Shown: positions 1 to 10,697 of the stretch, in pieces | How the letters are laid out: the number at the start of each line of letters is the position of its first letter | Numbering within the stretch: the stretch's first letter is position 1 | Assembly: GCA_051313645.2 (NCBI GenBank) | Contig: JBNRSN020000008.1 | Span: 116,560,001-116,624,000 of the forward strand | Direction of reading: 5' to 3' | Length of the DNA stretch: 64,000 bases | DNA from: Centroscyllium fabricii | Taxonomy: Eukaryota | Translations under genes and position numbers: made by a program | The notes under the pieces: generated by a model | Databases searched by the model: none | What the model saw: the letters and a program-made list of their open reading frames with translations, nothing else | What the model was told of the DNA's origin: nothing

Positions 1-1057
1 AAGATGTTGGAGGAGGAGGTCAGCAGGAGGGGAAGGACCTCATCTTTTCACTCTGCAGCAAGATGATATCCCGAATAGCTTCCTGGCAACAACGGGCAGA
101 GGTGGTAGAGCACGTCAGCGCCAGAATTGTGACTCCAAGGAACCGTTGCAATGTAGGAAAAAATGTAATGATCTGACAAGGGCTACTAAGGTAAGGTTGA
201 TAACTTGCATCTCATTACTCTCTGCTTAGCCCTGTATTACCAGTAGCCTCGGCACTCATAATCCTTCCCACCACTCTCTTCCAATCTCTGCTGCTATTGA
301 TGCACTCTGCACCTGCTACTGATCTAATTATCACTTCCCTCACCTCCTCACAGCTGTGTCATCTTTCACACACCAACAACACTATTCTACCCTGACATGC
401 ACATCCTCAGAGCATCTCACCAGGCTAACACTAGCATATTCCCTTCTTTGTTGCAGGAGAAGCTGGCATGCAATAACGAGGATGAGGCTAAGCATCCATA
501 CACATCCTGTCCCCTCTGGAAGGGACTGTAATGGACACTGTGGGCAGGGTGTGCATCAGGAAGGTGACTACTGTACGGGATGGGGGAAAAGACCCTCAGG
601 GTTTTTGGCCATATCGCCCTCTTTTCCTTCTCATTAAAATCTCACCCTCGCACAGTGTGCATGACAAAGGGCTGCTGCTTTCAGCAGTCGCTCATCTGTT
701 TCTGTTTATCGATGTCACTAACTGCTAACCCTCGTACCTATCTTCCCTTTCAGATCCTGAAACTGTAGCAGGCACAGCAGGAACGGAGGATGAGGAGGAT
801 AGCTCTCCTGAAGCTCCAGCGTCATCCACCCTACCCTGGCAGACACCAGCTTCGAGACCCTGCATACTTGAGGCTAGAGTAGAGAGTTCTGCAATGGCAG
901 ATTCACCGAGCACAGATGTGCAGGAGCAAGGGCAGGTGGATAAAATGGCCCAGGAAGCATGTCACCGAAGGATGATCTCACATCCTAGCCCTACTGCAGA
1001 GGGTGAAGGTGAAAACCTCGCAGGCTCAGCCTACAGAAAAAACTGCTGGCTATTCCC
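1..1057 (+). mobile_element. Degenerate Harbinger (PIF) transposon Myb/SANT-like gene, 5' part, with remnant introns
   Basis: Reads ...QCRKKCNDLTRATK then GTAAGG donor at 191, a Myb/SANT-like helix typical of Harbinger ORF2. Acceptors TTGCAG (~457) and TTTCAG (~753) are followed by a low-complexity acidic exon. Frameshifted. Confidence 0.55.
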
Positions 1058-1478
1058 AGGCACAATTTCAAAATTTGCAGCTGACACGAAAAGTGTAGCA
1101 AATAGTGAGGAAGATGGTAATAAACTTCAATCGGACGTAGACTGGCTGGTGGAATGGGCGGACACATGGCAGATGAAATTCAACGCAGAAATGTGAGAGA
1201 TGATGACGTTTTGGTAGGAAGAATGAGGAGAGACAATACAAGCTAAATTGTACAATTTTAAAGGGGATGCAAAAACAGAGAGACCTGGGGTGTGTATGTG
1301 CTTGATGGTGACAGGACAGGTTAACAAAACAGTTATCATGGGGTTTATAAATTGAGGCATAGAGTACAAAAGCCAGGCAGTTATGTGAAACCTATATAAA
1401 ACACTAGTTTGGCCCCAGCAGGAGTATTGTGTCCAATTCTGGGCCCCACACTTTAGGAAGGCTTTGGAGAGGGTACAG
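1058..1478 (+). mobile_element. CR1 LINE 3' fragment (RT C-terminus), part 1; split by Gypsy A
   Basis: ISKFAADTK...WADTWQMKFN...YCVQFWAPH; the frame ALERVQ|KRFTRMVPG continues at 12205. Confidence 0.85.
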
Positions 1479-1750
1479 TGTAGAGGCATGCAGGGCCGAA
1501 GAACCACACTGGACACAGAGGATTCGGAAAGTTATCATTTAATGTTACTACAGCTAGGGCCAGGTGGAAAAGAGAGTGAGCCACCTGGAGCTCAGGTATT
1601 TAAAGGTCCCGCGGCAGGTGACGTCACTGCCGGGTATCCACCTGGCGACGTCATCACGCCGGAAGTCGCGGTGACGTCAGCCCGGCGGGCGGGGCCGTCT
1701 TGCAGCGCTCCCGAGGCGGATTCGATGTTGTTGGTGGGCGTGTCGCCACA
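1479..1750 (-). repeat. 3' LTR of Gypsy A (272 bp)
   Basis: Near-identical to 11922-12200; preceded on the minus strand by the purine tract GGGGGGGAGCTG. Confidence 0.95.
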
Positions 1751-2110
1751 CAGCTCCCCCCCAGAATCCGTGAGGGAGAGCGGGGCTGGACCTAGAGGAG
1801 AGGGAGACATAAAGGAGAGCAAGCACACATTTTGAATTAACACATAGAATGTCCGGCAGTTTGCCGAGGTGGCCTGATGTTGTGGCCCGCACGTGTCGTG
1901 CGCTGTTCCGTGTTCCGAAAAGCGATGTTGCGGCGGGCTGATGGTGTAGCCTGCACGTGTCGTCTCAGGCGAGGCGCTGAGGTGGCCTGATGATGCGGCC
2001 AGCACGTGTTGTGCGCTGCTCCTTGTTCTGTGTAGGAGTGTGGGCGGGGTTTGGTGCGGTAGGGCGTCCGCGCTTTGGTGGCTGTGCGGGGACTGTTGTC
2101 TCGCCCGCCA

Positions 2111-4730
2111 TTACGTGTGCTGGTTTGAGATGGTCTCGGCTCTGTTGCCCATTTTAATTTCAAAAGTTTTGGGTCCCGCCCGAAGCACTCTGAATGGTCC
2201 GTCGTACGGTGGTTGTAGTGGTGTTCGATGTGCGTCGTGGAGGACAAACACATACTTGGCATTTTGGATGCCGTCTGGGACCCGTGCTGCCGGCTGTCCG
2301 TGCCGGGCCACCGGGAGTGGTTTTAATGCGGCTGCCTGATTATTAAAGTCTCTGAGGCAGCGCTCGGCTGACCAGGGTTCGTTGGTTTCTGCCACAAACT
2401 CGCCCGGTACCGTTAGTGGTTGGCCATAGACCAGTTCAGCTGCTGAGGCGTGCAGGTCTTCCTTGGCCGCTGAACGCAGGCCGAGCATTACCCAGGGCAG
2501 GCGGTCGGTCCAGGTTGCGTCTTGGAGGCTGGCCCGCAAGGAAGCTTTGAAAGATCGGTGGAACCGTTCGCAGAGGCCATTGGCCTGTGGGTGGTAGGCG
2601 GTGGTTCGGTGCAGGGTTGCCCCGAGGTCGTGGGCGATGGTTGCCCATAGGGTTGAGGTAAATTGGGGGCCCCTGTCTGAAGTGATGTCAGTGGGGACGC
2701 CAAAACGGGCGACCCAGGTGGCAATGAAGGCCCTGGCGAGGTCGGCGGTGGTGGTAGCTGTGAGGGGGACTGCTTCTGGCCAGCGGGTGCTGCGGTCGAC
2801 CATCGTTAAGATGTGTGAATGTCCACGTGATGGTGGTAGTGGTCCGACGAGGTCGACGTGTACGTGGCTGAAGCGTCTAGCTGGGACGGCGATGGTTTCG
2901 AGCGGTGCCTTGATGTGGTTGTGCACCTTGGCGCGCTGGCAGGCATTGCAGGAGTTGGTCCAGGCGCGGACATCTTTGCGTAGGCCGCGCCAAACGAATC
3001 GCGCAGAGATGAGTTTGGTGGACGCGCGGACACCGGGGTGGTACAGGCCATGGAGGGTCTGGAAGATGTGGCGCCTCCATGTGTGGGGGACGACGGGTCT
3101 GGGTTGGGGGAGGGAAACGTCGCAGCGGACCTCTCTGGCTGTGGGCCCGTGTGCTACGGTGGCCAGGAGCAGGCCGGGGAGGTTGGTGGCAGGGTCGAGC
3201 AGATCGGGGTCGGTTAGTTGGTCGGCCGCCATTTTAGTATAGTCGACGGCCGTTTGGACGGAGTTGATGGTTGGGCGTGAGAGGCAGAGCGCGCAGACGT
3301 TGTGGGTGGTGGGAGGCAGTCGGCGACCACGTTGTCGATGGTGGGGGGTGGTCGGAGGCCGGTTTGCCGATGGTGGGGCGTGAGAGGCAGTCAGCGACCA
3401 CGTTGTCGCGGCCGGCGATGTGTTGGATGTCGGTCGTGAATTCCGACACGGCCGCGAGCTGGCGCTGCTGCCTGGCCGACCAGGGTTCAGAGATCTTAGC
3501 CATTGCAGACACAAGTGGCTTGTGATCCACGAAGGCTGTGAAGTGGCGGCCCTCTAGGAGGAAGCAGAAGTGGCGCACCGCGAAGTAGAGAGCGAGTAGC
3601 TCCCTATCGAAGGCGCTGTACTTGACCTCCGGGGGCCGGAGTTGTCGGCTGAAAAAGGCCAGGGGTTGCCAGGAGTCGCCGGTCCACTGCTCAAAGACTG
3701 CTCCGACAGCGCGGTCGGAGGCGTCGGTGGTGAGGGCTACTCTGGCGTTGGGCCTAGGGTGGCTGAGGAGCGTGGCGTTGGCCAGGGCTGTTTTGGTTGC
3801 GGTAAAGGCGGTGGAGGCTTCGGCCGTCCACTCGACCGCAGCCTTGTTGGACTGCCCGCGGGTGGCCTGATAGAGGGGGGCCATGAGAGCGGCTGCTCCG
3901 GGGATGAAACGGTTGTAAAAGTTAACCATCCCGAGGAATTCCTGCAGCCCCTTGATGGAGTGCGGGCGAGGGAATTCCTGGACCGCCTGCACCTTGGAGG
4001 GCAGGGGTATGGCCCCGGTCTGGGAGATGTGGTGGCCGAGGAAGTCGATAGCCTCGAGGCCGAATCGACACTTGGAGGGGCTTAATATGAGGCCGTGTTC
4101 GGCCAGGCGGTCGAAAAGGGCCCTGAGATGGAGGAGGTGTTCCTGGGGGGAGGCGCTGGCCACGAGGATGTCGTCGAGATAGATGAACGTGAACTGCAAG
4201 TCCCGTAGGACTGAGTCCATGAGGCGTTGGAAGGCCTGGGCCGCGTTTTTCAGTCCGAAGGGCATTCGGAGAAATTCGAACAGGCCGAATGGGGTGATGA
4301 CGGCTGTCTTAGGGACGTCCGCCGGGTGCACTGGTACCTGGTGGTAGCCCCGTACCAGGTCGATCTTTGAAAAGACCGTGCAGCCGGCTAGCCTTGCGGA
4401 AAAATCTTGGATGTGGGGCACGGGGTACCTGTCTGGGGTGGTGGCGTTGTTAAGGCGGCGGTAGTCTCCGCAGGGGCGCCAGCCGCCGTCGGGTTTGGGG
4501 GCAATGTGGAGGGGGGAGGCCCAGGGGCTGCTGGAGCGGCGGATTATGCCGAGTTGTTCCATGATGTGGAACTCGGCGCGCGCGATCTCCAGCTTGGCTG
4601 GGTCCAGCCTGCGTGCGTGGGCATGGACTGGGGGGCCTGTGGTGGTGATGTGATGCTCCACACCGTGCTTGGCGGTGCGGGCTGTGAAGGTGGGGTTGGT
4701 TAGGGCTGGAAACTCCGCGAGCAGCGTGGC
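2111..4730 (-). pseudogene. Gypsy A pol: RT, RNase H, integrase (frameshift near 3270-3390, truncated IN C-terminus)
   Basis: SSSPWASPLHIAPKPDGGWRPCGDYRRLN, FIYLDDILVAS, TTDASD, YSAFDRELLA; IN HX3H...CX2C, HVHVDLVGPLP, TSDRGPQF, ANGLCERFHR, GPF motif. Confidence 0.92.
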
Positions 4731-4735
4731 GTACG

Positions 4736-5026
4736 TGACGTATCGTCAATACCTCAGATTAAAAGAGTCGACGAGTAGTTACCGAAACTAAAGGCTTTTA
4801 ATCGCTAAGAACGGAGCTACCCTCCGGAACGAACTTCAGTACAGGAATGAGGAGCCTCGGTCAGTTTCCACCTATAAAGGGCCTCACCTGGGGGAGGAGC
4901 TAGAGGTGTGGCTGACCTGGCTCCCAACAGTATTACACAGTATACAGGGCTGTGCCTTACATCTGCACAGCCCATTATTGGCACAATAATTACAGTGGTA
5001 AACAACTATATACAAGGGTTACCACA
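4736..5026 (-). repeat. 3' LTR of Gypsy B
   Basis: Direct repeat of 10402-10692. Confidence 0.95.
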
Positions 5027-6206
5027 TTCACCCCTTCTTGAAAATTTTAAGTCCGGGGGGGGGGGGGGGGGTGAATGGGCTGAACAGTTCATGATCAGTC
5101 TGTCCGGCGGTCGTGTCTGCCTGGAGGACCGCCGGCGTTCCGGTGTTGGTGGTGGTGCCTCCTGGTTCGTGCCACTTGCATCTGCCGGTGGTGACCGCTG
5201 ATCGGGTGCCGTGGGTTCTGGTGGCGATGGATCCGGCTGCTCCCCGCCGTCCGGGTCGTAGTTCAGTACTGGCCACTGCTCTGGGAAGCTCGGGGGCCAT
5301 CGTGTGTCTGGTGGGTTTTCTGGATACCGCGGCTGAGCGGCCTGCTGGCCGGCCAGGGGCTCTGTGGTGGTGCTTCCTGCGGGAGCCAGGTCCCTGATGG
5401 ACACGGTGTCCTCACGCCCGTCCGGGAACTGCACGAATGCATAGTGGGGGTTCGCGTGTAGGAGCTGTACCTTGTCCACCAGGGGGTCTGTCTTGTGGCT
5501 CCGGACATGTCTTCTAAGCCAAACCGGCCCCGGAGTCGTCAGCCATGGAGGAAGAGCTGTCCCCGAAGTCGATTTCCTAGGGAAGGAGAAAATCAGATCG
5601 TGCGGGGTGGCGTTAGTAGCAGTACATAATAGAGAGCGTATAGAGTGCAGCGCGTCTGGGAGGACTGCCTGCCAATGGGACACTGGAAGGCCTCTGGACT
5701 TGAGAGCCAGGGTGACCGCCTTCCAAATGATCCCATTCTCCCTTTCTACCTGGCCGTTCCCCCGGGGGTTATAACTGGTCGTTCTGCTCGTGGCAACCCC
5801 TTTCTGGAGCAGAAACTGGCGCAGTTCATCGCTCATGAACGATGACCCCCGGTCGCTATGGATGTAGCTGGGGAGACCGAAAATGGCGAACAGCGTGGTG
5901 AAGTGTTTGATCACCGTTGCGCTCGTCATATCTGCGCAGGAGAAGGCGAAGGGGAAGCAGGAGAACTCATCCACTACCGTGAGGAAGTATGAGTTGCGGT
6001 CGGTGGAAGGGAGGGGGCCTTTGAAGTCCACGCTGAGACGTTCAAAGGGGCGGGTGGCCTTAATGAGGTGCGCCGTGTCTGGCGGGAAAAAGTGGGGTTT
6101 GCACTCGGCGCAGACAGGGCACTCTCGGGTCATAGCCTTGATCTCCGTGATGGAGTAGGGGAGGCTACGGGACTTAACGAAGTGGGCGAGTCTGGTGACA
6201 CCCGGG
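5006..6206 (-). pseudogene. Gypsy B integrase, cut off from the rest of pol by the hAT insertion
   Basis: PGVTRLAHF...CPVC, LSVDFKGPLP, IHSDRGSSF, NGQVERENG. Joins LHDRLCHPG at 7305 once the insert is removed. Confidence 0.92.
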
Positions 6207-7304
6207 CAGTGTTGGGAAAGTTCACACTTAACAAGAGCTAGCTCAAAGTTCAGTTCAATCATTTTAAAATGAACTAGTTCAAGTTCATAGTTCATAATTT
6301 TGAATTTTGAACTTAAGTTCGCAGCTCAAAAATGAACTAGTTCAAAGTTCGTTTTTTTTTTCTTTTCTTCTAATGCGCTGCCCCGAGCTATTATTTTTCA
6401 ATAGAACATCCTCTTATCCATCCACTGACAGCCCCCAATCATTGCTACAGCCCATTAAAGAATAATAGAAGCTGATTACTTTATAAGTTTTATCACTGAA
6501 TCATTGTGTCAGTAGTTTCCTGTGGGGTAGAGTCAGTTTGAAGCAATGCAAATTATGAAGCAGGAGGAACAAATATCCGATATAGAGAACTGTCTGTATG
6601 TATATACACAGGCTGAGTATATAGGGTGGCATGGTGGCACAGTGCTTAGCACTGCTGTCTCACAGCACTGGAGACCTGGGTTCAAATCCAGCCTCGGGTA
6701 CTATCTGTGTGGAGTTTGCACATTCTCCCCGTGTCTGCGTGGGTTTCCTCCGGGTGCTCTGGTTTCCTCCCACAGTCCAAAGATGTGTGGGTTAGGTTGA
6801 TTGGCCATGATAAATTGACCCTTAGTGTTAGGGGGATTGAATATGTGGGGTTACGGGGATATGGTGGGATATGTGTCAGTGTAGGCTCAATAGGGATATG
6901 GGAAGAGGGCAGGGGCGGGTTACAGGGTTTGGATGATCAGCTGATCTCATTGAATGGTGGAGCAGGCTTGAATGGCCTACTCCTGCTCCTATCTTTCGAG
7001 AGAGAGAGAGAGAGATTGAGATTTTTTTGCAAAAAGCCCCGCAGAGCACTCAGTACAGGCGACAGAGTCCAGGTCCGGCACACTCACCGTTCAGGAGACG
7101 CCAGCAGCGATTCAGACTCGTGGAGACGATCTGCGCATGCGTTTGGCGTCACAAAGCGCGAGAGCGCCGCTCACACCCTCCAAAGCGAGCGCCACTCACG
7201 TTTTCGCTCAGGCTGCTGGGAAAGAGCACGCTCGTTCAGCGTTCACGAAAATGTGAACGCGCTCGTGAACGCCCGCTCATTTAGCGCGCTCACGGCCAAC
7301 ACTG
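6207..7304. mobile_element. Non-autonomous hAT DNA transposon (1098 bp)
   Basis: 9-bp TIR CAGTGTTGG/CCAACACTG; 8-bp TSD CACCCGGG at 6199-6206 and 7305-7312; subterminal arrays (AGTTCA on the left, CGCTC on the right). Confidence 0.9.
6624..6998 (+). mobile_element. tRNA-derived SINE (HE1/V-SINE-like) with CR1-type tail, inside the hAT
   Basis: A box TGGCACAGTGC, B box GGTTCAAATCC, GTGTGGAGTTTGCACATTCTCCCCGTG core, AATGGCCTACTCCTGCTCCTAT tail; homologous to 32270-32674 and 52326-52728. Confidence 0.85.
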
Positions 7305-10300
7305 CACCCGGGTGGCAAAGGCGGTCGTGGAGGTCCTTCAGCCGGTCTAGCTGGGCACTGGCGCACGTTCCCCTGGACAGTGCGTCCGGGGGTTCATTGA
7401 GTTTACCTGGTTGGTAAAGAATGTCATACTCGTAAGTCGAGAGTTCGATCCGCCACCGCAGGATCTTATCATTCTTGATTTTACCCCGTTGTTCATTATT
7501 AAACATAAACGCCACCGACCGTTGGTCGGTGAGCAGGGTAAAACGCTTACCGGCCAGGTAATGACGCCAGTAGCGCACGGCCTCCACGATGGCCTGGGCC
7601 TCCTTTTCCACTGCGGAGTGGCGAGTTTCGGGTCCCTGTAAGGTGCAGGAGAAAAACGCTACGGGCCTGCCTGCCTGATTCAGGGTGGCAGCAAGGGCAA
7701 AGTCTGAAGCGTCACTCTCCACCTGGAAAGGGATGGATTCATCAACAGCGAGCATGGTCGCCTTGATAATATCTTCCTTTATCCTTGCGAATGCCGTTTG
7801 GGCTTCTACAGAAAGGGGGAAGACCGCAGCCTTGAGGAGTGGTCTAGCCTTATCTGCGAACTGTGGGACCCATTGCGCATAATAGGAGAAAAATCCTAGG
7901 CATCTCCTCAAGGCTTTGGGGTTGTGAGGTAGGGGCAGTTCTTGCAGGGGTCGCATACGCTGTGGGTCGGGGCCGAGGACCCCGTTCTCCACCACGTATC
8001 CGAGGATGACGAGCCGGTCTGTATTAAAGACACATTTGTCCTTGTTATACGTAAGGTCCAGCTTGTCCGCCGTGTCGAGGAATTTGGCCAGATTGGCATC
8101 GTGGTCCTGCTGGTTGTGGCCGCAGATGGTCACGTTGTCCAGGTAAGGGAAAGTGGCCTGCAAGTCATTTTGGTCAACCATGCGGTCCATCTCCCGTTGG
8201 AACACCGACACTCCGTTGGTCACGCCAAAGGGGACCCGGAGGAAGTGGTAGAGCCGACCGTTCGCCTCGAAGGCGGTGTAGGGGCAGTCGGCTTTCCGAA
8301 TCGGGAGCTGATGATACGCCGATTTAAGGTCGATCGTGGAGAACACCTTGTACTGGGCGATCTGGTTGACCATGTCTGAGATGCGGGGAATGGGGTAGGC
8401 GTCGAGCCCGGTGTAGCGGTTGATAGTCTGGCTGTAATCGATAACCAGCCGCTGTTTCTCACCAGACTTCACCACGACAACTTGGGCGCGCCAGGGGCTG
8501 GTGCTGGCTTCAATTATCCCCTCCTTCCGCATCCGCCCGACCTCCGACCTGATAAACGTGTGATCCCCATCACTGTACCGCCGACTCTTAGTAGCAATGG
8601 GTTTGCACTTCGGATCGAGGTTGGCGAACAGCGAGGGGGGGTCGATTTTCAGGGTGGAGAGGCCGCAGGCCGGGCTCCGCTTTGGGAAGGGATTGTCCCG
8701 GCTACTGACGGTGAGGGGGGGCAAGGTCCCGCCGAACTCCATTGTCACGCTCTTGAGGTGGCACTGGAAATCCAAACCTAGTAAGGCTGGGGCACACAAC
8801 TGCTGGAGGGTATACAATTTAAAATTATGGTACACGCGCCCCTTGACGGTGAGCGCGACGGAGCAGTAGCCAGTGATGTCCGCGGTGTGGGACTGTGAAG
8901 CTAGGGAGACTTGGTAGTTAGTGGGCCGGACCTGCAGTCCGCAGCACTGCACTGTATCGGGGTGTACGAAACTCTCAGTGCTTCCTGTGTCAAAAAGGCA
9001 GTTAACCGTGTAGCCGTTAATCAAAATGGGCATTATAGAGTTAGACAGGGTATGTGGCCTGTCCTGGTTCACTCTGATTCTGGCTGCCGCAGCCATGCGT
9101 TTCCGTGTGCGTGGGGCCCTTGCTGGTCGGGGCTGTACACAAGATGGCGGCGCCCCTGGCTCGCACATGGTGGGGCCCTGGATACAAAATGGCGGCGCCC
9201 CTGGCCCGCACATGGAGGGGCCCTGGATACAAAATGGCGGCGCCCCTGGCTCGCACATGGAGGGGCCTTGGGTACAAAATGGTGTCGCCGGGGGGTCGCA
9301 CATGGTGGGCCGCTGTGAGCGCGCTGGCGGCGCCCGTGATTCGCACGCAGCGGACCGCGGTGATCGGGTTGGCGGTGCCCGTGATTCGCACGCAGCGGGC
9401 CGCGGTGGTCGGGTTGGCGGTGCCCGTGATTCACACGCAGCCGGCCGCGTTGGGGGGTCGCGCTTGGCCGGCCTTTGCCGCATCGGGGTGGGAGATAGGG
9501 GCGCTTGTTGTCTACCCCCGGACCGTCGCTGGATCGCGCTGCTATTGCAGCTTACCTGGTGTCTGTCGGTGCTCTCACAGGCTGCACTGTTGTACCTTGG
9601 GTTAGACGCTGCTGGAGCTGATCTGCAGGCTTTAGCGTAATGACCTTTCTTAGCGCATCTCTCGCAGGTCGCTGTCCTGGCCGGGCATCTCGCTCTTGGG
9701 TGCAGTCCCTGGCTGCAGAAGTAGCAGCGCTTATCTTTTGTGGCTGTCGCAGCCATCGTGGGGGTCTCGACCCGTTGTGGTGCTGCCCAGGCCTGGGCCC
9801 GTTGTGGCGCGGCCCAAATGTCGTAGGCTTGCGGGTTAGTGCCGCTGTACGCCTGTAACTTGTTTCGGGCCCCCTCTACTGATTTGGCTATCTTAGTCGC
9901 CTCCTCGAGGGACAGAGTGTCTTTCTCCAGTAGCCGCTGACGGGCTTCCACACACCGTAGTCCCGTAACGTAAGCGTCCCGAACGAGGAGTTCCGCCTCC
10001 TCTTCAGCTGTTCTGGCTTGGCAGCCACAGACCCATACCAGGGCCTGGAGCGCTTGCTCGAACTGCTCATTGGACTCACCCGGTAGCTGAGATCTGGTCG
10101 CAAGCACATGTCGGGCGTAAACCGAATGGACCGGGCGCTCGTAGCATTTTCGTAGTAGTGTTACGGCCGCTGTGTAGGTTGAGGCGTTCCTGATGAGGGA
10201 GAATACCCTGCTGGAGATCCTCGACCGGAGGACCTGCAGTTTGTTCCTGTCCGATGTAGCCTTGGCGGCGTCCATGTAGGCCTCCAGGAGGCCGAACCAG

Positions 10301-10377
10301 TGTTCGAACGTGGTAGCAGCGGCCAGGTCCTGGGGGCTGATGTCCAGCTTCTCAGGTTTAACTGCGCTGCTCTCCAT
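7305..10377 (-). CDS. Gypsy B gag-PR-RT-RNase H polyprotein; frame open up to the hAT insertion
   Basis: 1044-aa ORF: CYFC..H..C and CERC..GH...C knuckles, LFDTGS, SPWRAQVVVV, FPYLDNVTI, VESDASDF, EKEAQAI. Confidence 0.9.
9140..9450 (-). repeat. 45-bp (15-aa) coding tandem repeats between NC and PR of Gypsy B
   Basis: AACESRAPPTRPPRP x3, then MCEPGAPPFCIQGPS x4. Confidence 0.9.
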
Positions 10378-10401
10378 TTTAAAATATTTAGCGATTAAAA
10401 T

Positions 10402-10692
10402 TGACGTATCGTCAATACCTCAGATTAAAGGAGTCAACGAGTAGTTACCGAAACTAAAGGCTTTTAATCGCTAAGAACGGAGCTACCCTCCGGAACGAAC
10501 TTCAGTACAGGAATGAGGAGCCTCGGTCAGCTTCCACCTATAAAGGGCCTCACCTGGGGGAGGAGTTAGAGGTGTGGCTGACCTGGCTCCCAACAGTATT
10601 ACACAGTATACAGGGCTGTGCCTTACATCTGCACAGCCCATTATTGGCACAATAATTACAGTGGTAAACAACTATATACAAGGGTTACCACA
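10402..10692 (-). repeat. 5' LTR of Gypsy B
   Basis: Direct repeat of 4736-5026; the gag ATG lies 24 nt downstream. Confidence 0.95.
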
Positions 10693-10697
10693 GTACG

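Larger units (their letters stand above)
4736..10692 (-). mobile_element. Gypsy LTR retrotransposon B (Mag-like), inserted in Gypsy A between PR and RT
   Basis: LTRs 4736-5026 and 10402-10692 (291 bp each, 4 substitutions, TG...CA). 5-bp TSD GTACG at 4731-4735 and 10693-10697. PPT AAGAAGGGGTGAA. Single gag-pol frame with two zinc knuckles. Clade assignment is inferred. Confidence 0.93.

Noticed and set aside
6213-6295. N-terminus of the 429-aa integrase ORF as a real start
   Set aside because: It is read-through from the hAT left end, not element coding sequence.
6624-6700. tRNA genes at SINE and LINE heads (also 17602, 32600, 33660, 52660, 53720, 58109)
   Set aside because: A/B boxes run directly into repeat bodies and no complete cloverleaf is evident.
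2601-9640. Many plus-strand ORFs over the Gypsy elements
   Set aside because: Antisense shadows of GC-rich gag-pol with no recognisable domains.
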